A stretch of 57,229 nucleotides of DNA from Perkinsus chesapeaki ATCC PRA-425. Its lineage: Eukaryota; Protista; Perkinsozoa. A model generated the notes under the pieces. It was not told where the DNA came from and did not search any database. It saw only the letters and a program-made list of their open reading frames with translations. Positions 51,301 through 57,229 of this stretch are shown here, piece by piece. Made by a program: the position numbers and the translations under genes. The stretch lies in contig JAAPAO010000180.1 of the NCBI GenBank assembly GCA_013115145.1, positions 1 to 57,229 of the forward strand, read 5' to 3'. Every line of letters starts with the position of its first letter. The stretch's first letter is position 1.

Positions 51301-54153
51301 CGCGCGTTAGACTCGGAATGACCTTCACACTGGGACGAATAATTTTGATGGAAACCCCTCGAAGTTTTACTTGACTCATTTGACGTAGCGACCAATTGTC
51401 CCGACTCCTATATCATCTATTTTCAGGCATCGATGATGCTTTACCACCACCAAGTTCAACATCGAAGATCCCACAAGTTTTAGATCGGTCCCTCAGCAAG
51501 TTGCCATCGAAGTTAGCTGATGCTATCCTTGAGGCGGCCGAAAAGGAGTTCCACGTGTATCCACGATTCCCGCAAATACTGGTGCGATGGCCGCGCTCAC
51601 AATGTGTTGTGAAGGGCCTTTACGAGGAGAATTTGCGGCAAGAGCGCTGGGAGGAGGTAAAAGCGCTCGCCCAGATGATCGATTCGGTGAAAGTTGTGGA
51701 GGATTTGGTTGTAGAGGAGAATCTGCCAGAGGGAATGTGGGGAGTAGTGTATGAGAATTTGGAGGAGATTGAAGTCGAAAAACGTGAAGAAGTCTACATA
51801 CTAATCTCAGATGTATTGAAGAGTCGTGGAGACTTTGAACGCTTGATTGATATACGGGATAGAACCAAGTGGCCAGAAGTCACTACCGCTTACCTTGATG
51901 ATGCCGACACTGACGTTTTGGTAGAAGCAGTCGGGATATGTGCCCCTTGTCAAACACACTACAGCAACGGTTTGGTGTCCTTCGACTCGTGGTGTGAAAA
52001 GATAGCGCCTACTGGCCAATGCGAGAATTTGTTCACAACGGAGGAGTTTTGCACCAACTGGGGAGGAGGGGATATTGAAACTGCGCGCCGCGTTCGGGCG
52101 CAGGTTCTATCCCGGGCTGTGTCGATTTGCCTTTCCGAAAATGAAGAGGAACATTCATTCTGGCTCGATGTCATCGACCAAATTGCTACAAACGATCCTG
52201 ACTCTTGCAACATCAGTAGACCGACCTGTGTGAAGGCTCTCATCGAAGATGGATTATTCTCCTCGCTTTGTAAGGTTTCTGATTGTTGGGCTCCGATGGC
52301 AAGCCTCTTTGGCGTATCTTGGCAAGACTTAGCCAACTCCTCATCCTTGAACCAGCTTCACTGCATTGGACCGATTAAAGCGCGAACTCTCTTGGAACAG
52401 GTCGGCCCTGTACATGATTTCGCGCGCCACGAAATTATACAGGCCGTCTTGGAAGTCACGCAGGCTCTTGGTGGGAGAATGAATAGCGGAATTGAAGACT
52501 TGATCGAAGGAGCTGAAAGCTATGAACAGCAAGAAGATATCTTCGCCGTTTTGGTTGAGCTTGTCGGGAAAGATCCTTCGGCTGATTGGAGGAGCTTGGT
52601 GGCACTCTTATTGGGGAAATTACGCAACATAGGAGTTGATGGTCTCGCTGAAAGCCTCATTGCAAACCCGCGGTTACTACAGATCGTTTTGAAAAAGAGA
52701 AGGGGTGAGATAACTGAGGAAACTCGGAAAGAAATACTAACTTACTGGTCGCCTAAGTTGTGTTCACGAACGCGAAGTACGGCAACTGACGCGGCGAGGG
52801 TGGTGGAAGCCCTGGGCGAAGGTGCTGAGATTGACGCGGACGTAGTGGAGAGGTTCGCCCATCTTCAAGAGAACGATGATCAGGGCGGAGTTGCATGCAT
52901 ATGGAAAATGGAAGGGATGGCGGAAAGTTGCGAAAAGATAAGTCAATTGAGTGTTGTGGATGATGACACCGTTGAACTGTTCATGAGATGCGGAAAGGAA
53001 GGTTTGGACCTTCTGGAGAACGCAGTGCTGAGAATGCCATGCGATGCCCAAATACCAGAGATTGCACTTGACGGACTTGAGACGGCTGCATCATCAGACT
53101 GGGTTATCAGGCTTTTGTCTGGTCGCCAGGGATGCTCCGAAGAACTAGTGAAATCTGGATGCCGACGCCTTGAGTCGTTCGAGGCTGGCGACGTGGCTAT
53201 CAATAATAAATCTAGGAAGCTGCTTACTGATGGGTGTCTTGAACTCTGGTTATGGGCACTGCACAAGGACCCAGATTTTCTGTTTGAATCTGATACACGA
53301 AGTGTTTTTCAAGAAGTTATATCGGAGATTAGCGCGCATCCGATGACCGCTCCTATCAACGGCGAACTTGGACGGAAACTGCTTAAATTGGATTTGGTTG
53401 ATGACGATCTGCTGCTTGGATGGAGAACGCTCACCATGTTATGTATGCGAGGATTCGAACCTTTAGACGAGAACAGTTCTCGTTGGTTGCTTCCGCAAGT
53501 TAAATCTGTTGTTGGTCCAATACTTATTGAATGGGAAGCCAATGAATGCAAAGAAGTGTCCGAGGTTGAATCGCAGTATACACCATCTATTAGGGAGCTA
53601 CTAGCAACAAAGGAAGCCGCCGATGGCCTTAGAACTGAACTTAGAATCACATTGCCACAAGATTGGCCATTGGCTAAAGCTCATGTGAAGGTACCACCGA
53701 GGTTTGAGATAGATAGGGAATTCTATGGTCATTCGTTTACTACGTTTCCGCCTAAATAAAAATGTCATGAACTTCCATGTAGAATGATTCGGTGGAGCTT
53801 ATCAGGATAGATGATTACCGTCACAATGTTGTTTGAGTACACTTACTGTTTAGGTATCCCCGATACCAGGCGTGCCGTCATCTCGTAACAATAAGCTAGC
53901 CCTTGCTGTTCTCCGTGAGATGACCAAGAGTGGCATGAGTTCGACGCTCAAGATTTGGTCAGGGAATGTTGATAGAATATTTGACGGTGTTGAGCCATGT
54001 GTTATCTGTTATAGTATTGTTAGCATAGATAGCAACAGTCTGCCTAATAAACAGTGTAGAACTTGTAAGAATAAGTTCCACAGTGATTGCATATATCGGT
54101 GGTTTCGGACCAGTCAAAAGACAACTTGCCCTCTCTGTCAGAGTCTCTTTTAA
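48340..54153 (+). CDS. LTN1: E3 ubiquitin ligase Listerin
   Basis: N-terminal DPSIGQLFRKFGKKDSLTRIKALEEL, long helical body, RWD-like LRITLPQDWPL, C-terminal IWSGNVDRIFDGVEPCVICYSIV..KQCRTCKNKFHSDCIYRWFRTSQKTTCPLCQSLF RING. Confidence 0.92.
48396..48430 (-). repeat. tRNA 3'-half-like element, antisense in LTN1 intron 48390-48436
   Basis: rc AATCGAAAGGTCCCCGGCTCGAATCTCACAGACAGA. Confidence 0.7.
48593..48621 (+). repeat. tRNA 3'-half-like element in LTN1 intron 48589-48634
   Basis: GGGCGTGGGTTCGAACCCAGGATGAGACA + CTTTTT. Confidence 0.8.
50572..50602 (-). repeat. degenerate tRNA 3'-half-like element, antisense at an LTN1 donor site
   Basis: rc GGTCACCCAAGTGCGAGTCCCCGTGATTTCA (one mismatch in the T-loop). 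Confidence 0.5.
50936..50965 (-). repeat. tRNA 3'-half-like element, antisense in LTN1 intron
   Basis: rc AAAGTCGCAGGTTCGAACCCCGGATGGTACA. Confidence 0.8.
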
Positions 54154-54569
54154 TAGTCTCTTCTACCATTTGTATCCACTGTTCATGCGCAATTTGGTGT
54201 TATTGTTATAAATTGTGCAGAGTGATATTTGGGGATCAGAAGGGCTTCTACAGGGCTGGTGTACTTGGGTTTTTACTCTTTGAAAAACGATTGAGTAGGC
54301 TTTTGTAAGAGCGCTTTCTGGGGGAGTACAGAGCCTCTACAGAGAAATGTTCTTTTTTGACTATCCTTCTCGACAAAGCGAGTGAGGTGGTGACTTTTCG
54401 GTAGCGGTGGCAACTCAAAGTGGTCCTACAACCACTCGTATCAGCGAGGTGTCCTATTTAGGGAATGTCAGCTTATCTGTAGTGGTTGAAAGCTTCGCGA
54501 ACTTATTCGAATCTTAAGGGAAAGCTAGTCTCCTCCATTATAACCGCTTTTTGAATTTTAGAGCTGGAA

Positions 54570-55097
54570 GCGCAGTAGAGATGCAACATAGTGGCGGCTA
54601 TTCAAGGCTCCTTCCTTGAGGAGCACCTCGAAGAAGGTGATCGGTGCGTGCTCTCAGTTCATTTTAGTGATATTAAAGGTTTCAAGAAATATTTGCGGGT
54701 TCGATTCCATGCAGCTGCAGTTCTACTTCAATTGCCGTACGGAGACCCAAAGAAGGGTCTGAGCAGGGAGTAAGCTCGGTCCGAATGAGTTTATGCCGAA
54801 AAGTTCAAAAAGCCGATTAGAAAGCACCCATACATGCTACAAGCATCTTCCACTCCTCCGTTGGGGAGCTTTGCTTAGGGCCTATATGTTCCGCCCATCT
54901 TGGAGTCCTTTCTAAGAGAGCCTCTACTTTATCACACTCAGTGTTATCAGGAAGCTGTTCACAGAATCTTCGGACACCATACGGCTCATCAGCAAGTTTG
55001 CCTTGCTCAAAAAGCTATACGAGAATTTAAATTGTCCAAGTCGACCCTGCAAAATGGTCAGCTGCGTCGCGCTGTACAACTGGCATTTTGGTGCTAA
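54570..55097 (+). CDS. hypothetical protein exons
   Basis: Exon-like pieces (AAIQGSFLEEHLEE; ESFLREPLLYHTQCYQEAVHRIF..); not recognised. Confidence 0.25.
54695..54719 (+). repeat. tRNA T-arm/B-box element in candidate 42-nt intron 54679-54720
   Basis: GCGGGTTCGATTCCATGCAGCTGCA. Confidence 0.55.
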
Positions 55098-56141
55098 TCG
55101 AGTATAATGGTTTCAAGACCGCAGACTACAGTAACAGATTGATGATTTGCGTTTGTCTATCCAAGCTGATACACAGCCGCCATCCATCCAAAGTGGGGCG
55201 GCATCATTCTCAAACCTTTTACATCATTCTCTTAACCTTATGTAATTACACGCCCCCTGTGATGGGAGATAAATGTTCATAGAGAACACCCTGTATCACA
55301 TCAGGCTCTTAATCGCTTAGCTTGACATGTACGACCACTAGTTGTGCGTATTGCAGGTCGACAAGCGAAAGTATTAGAGAATTTTGTAGAGACGTTAGCG
55401 CCAAAAAAAGTAGCGATCGCATCTAGAGATGCGTTATCACTCCTGTGCGATGAGTGAGCAACAGAAACCACTGCGTGGGGTGAGCGAACACCCCTGTGGC
55501 GGACTAGTCGCACCGTGTGCAAACACACGTAGCAATTTAGACGCTGACTGATTTTACAGATTGACAATATATTCCTCGCCAATGAACTATCAGCTACATC
55601 ATTCATTAACAATGACGCTTCTGCCTGTTGATTGATTCACGAGATATCTTCCTTTGTGTCGTGGAGCGATTTTCCGTGTCGATAAATTCAAAGGCTGACT
55701 TTCGTGCCCGTTGCGTACAAACTCTGGTTGCAGCTTCTTTTATTGACCTCACACAGCTTGACTAATGTCTTATCCCATACTGGTCAATGACCAGTGGTCA
55801 TCACTCATAACCTTCATGATGGGCTGATATACGCCATGGTAAGCTGTTTGTGTTGTGGAGCGTATCACGTCTAGTTGCTTGAGCGCCTTTGTGGAGCTCC
55901 AGAATTGGAGCTGGAATCTGTGTTATGGAGCCGTACAGGATTACCAATTATAGCTTGGGCATGCTAGTATCAATATATGTTAGTGCTACAATGCATCCTT
56001 GCGGACTGGAATGCTGTATTTTTTTGTAATCTAGTAGTCGCGTGACGTGAATTCTTCTGTGAGGCTTATACGTTGGCTCTGAGTGCACTTCTAATGTTAT
56101 TCAATCTTTTTTCAGATTTTTAACTTCCCTGGAGTTATTTT

Positions 56142-57229
56142 ATGCCAAGAGCAAGTAATCCAAGGTGGTTGGTTTTATTTTCTTTGGTGTGGTCTGTACT
56201 ATCTACTCCGGCCGACTGGTGTGAAAAGCATAATGCAACTGATATTATTGATTCTATATGTTATCCCAATATGCTTCCACCAGGGCATATCACTGTAGAT
56301 GCCTTCAGCATCGATTCGCAAAGCCGATGGTATGTTGCTGGTTCTTCTGATATCGACAATAAACCTACTTTATGGCGAGTGGCAAGTACGCTCGACTCTT
56401 ATGAAATAATCGCTGAAGGTGATAGGCTTATTGACGTCCAAGTTACCCTGGACGGTTCCAACGTTTTCGCGGTTACAGCGAATTCTGCAATTCGGTCCTA
56501 TCACACAGATGTTAAAGATACATTTGATATCATCGAACCGGAAGATGCCAGTTTCTCTTGGAGTGGTGTTGCATATGATGACTCTTCAAATACCCTTTAT
56601 GCTACTGCTTCTAAAAAGAATGTTGTTTATCAATATACCAAAATTGGTGATTCCTGGTCTTCTCGCACTCTAGTAGCCGGAAAACCATCATTTGAAGCAT
56701 CTGATGGTGCTGATGGTTTAGACACTCCTACTGTGGTACGCTGGCATGATGGTTTCTTGTTTATTCGTGTGCATTCTGGAAACGATGGCATATGGCAATG
56801 GAAGCCCTTTGATTCAGAGGCCACTCAGACCTTCACTGACATTTATGTTTATGGTTCCCGGGGTCTAGCGATCTCCCCCGATAATTATGTTTATTATAGT
56901 AAAACTAATAATAAAGTTTACAGAAAGCCAATTGTTAACCCTCCCATTGGCCCCGGGGAGATATTCGCAGGTGCATGTGGCTGTGGGTCAGCTCCAAATC
57001 AGTTCTGTAACAGCAAGAATAGTAATCTGGTGACCTTCCTTCCGAGTGGTCAGATTATCATTCAAGATTATCCTGATTTGTATGGTAACCCCGACGACCT
57101 GCGTTATCGATGGGTTAGCTGGGACCCTGAGAAGCTCCCTATTCCTGCGTGTAGTTCCAGTACAACTACTACTAGTGGTCCTGTGACCAGTACAACTACT
57201 ACTAGTGGTCCTGTGACCAGTACAACTAC
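56142..57229 (+). CDS. secreted beta-propeller-like protein with Thr-rich mucin-like repeats (3' partial, intronless so far)
   Basis: Open frame MPRASNPRWLVLFSLVWSVLS..WSGVAYDDSSNTLY..GSRGLAISPDNYVYY..CSSSTTTTSGPVT to the window end; absent from the ORF track, probably because no stop is reached. Confidence 0.75.
   Translation, partial: MPRASNPRWLVLFSLVWSVLSTPADWCEKHNATDIIDSICYPNMLPPGHITVDAFSIDSQSRWYVAGSSDIDNKPTLWRVASTLDSYEIIAEGDRLIDVQVTLDGSNVFAVTANSAIRSYHTDVKDTFDIIEPEDASFSWSGVAYDDSSNTLYATASKKNVVYQYTKIGDSWSSRTLVAGKPSFEASDGADGLDTPTVVRWHDGFLFIRVHSGNDGIWQWKPFDSEATQTFTDIYVYGSRGLAISPDNYVYYSKTNNKVYRKPIVNPPIGPGEIFAGACGCGSAPNQFCNSKNSNLVTFLPSGQIIIQDYPDLYGNPDDLRYRWVSWDPEKLPIPACSSSTTTTSGPVTSTTTTSGPVTSTT
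57157..57229 (+). repeat. 30-bp coding tandem repeat (STTTTSGPVT)
   Basis: agtacaactactactagtggtcctgtgacc x2.4, runs off window. Confidence 0.9.

Noticed and set aside
53443-53466. GGATTCGAACC T-loop-like sequence in the LTN1 ORF
   Set aside because: The candidate GT-AG segment is only 24 nt, shorter than any other intron here; it reads as coding (MRGFEPL). Left uncounted.

Overview
Gene-dense eukaryotic genomic DNA with very short (about 40-90 nt) GT-AG introns. Gene content (CDPK, GPR180/TMEM145-like, pepsin-like aspartic protease, Sfi1-like) suggests a Perkinsus-like alveolate; this is an inference. Recognisable genes: alpha/beta hydrolase (partial), MIP18/CIAO2B, CDPK, Sfi1-repeat protein, A1 aspartic protease, DnaJ-domain protein, TMA7, DBP2/DDX5, ApaG-domain protein, two D2HGDH paralogs (one internally deleted and mosaic), FtsH-like AAA ATPase, GPR180-like membrane protein, LTN1/Listerin and a secreted propeller-mucin protein, plus 4 intact tRNAs. 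The most striking unexplained structure is about 30 heterogeneous tRNA 3'-half / B-box fragments (GGTC-stem-TTCGA-stem-acceptor strand-T run) sitting in short introns in either orientation, some supplying the splice donor. They form a series from intact intronic tRNAs through a decayed full-length and an anticodon-less tRNA to bare T-arms. Two further recurrent intronic motifs are GCGCCACGAAAT and ATCGAT-N6-ATCGAT. All exon models and counts were made by eye, so boundaries of hypothetical genes are approximate.
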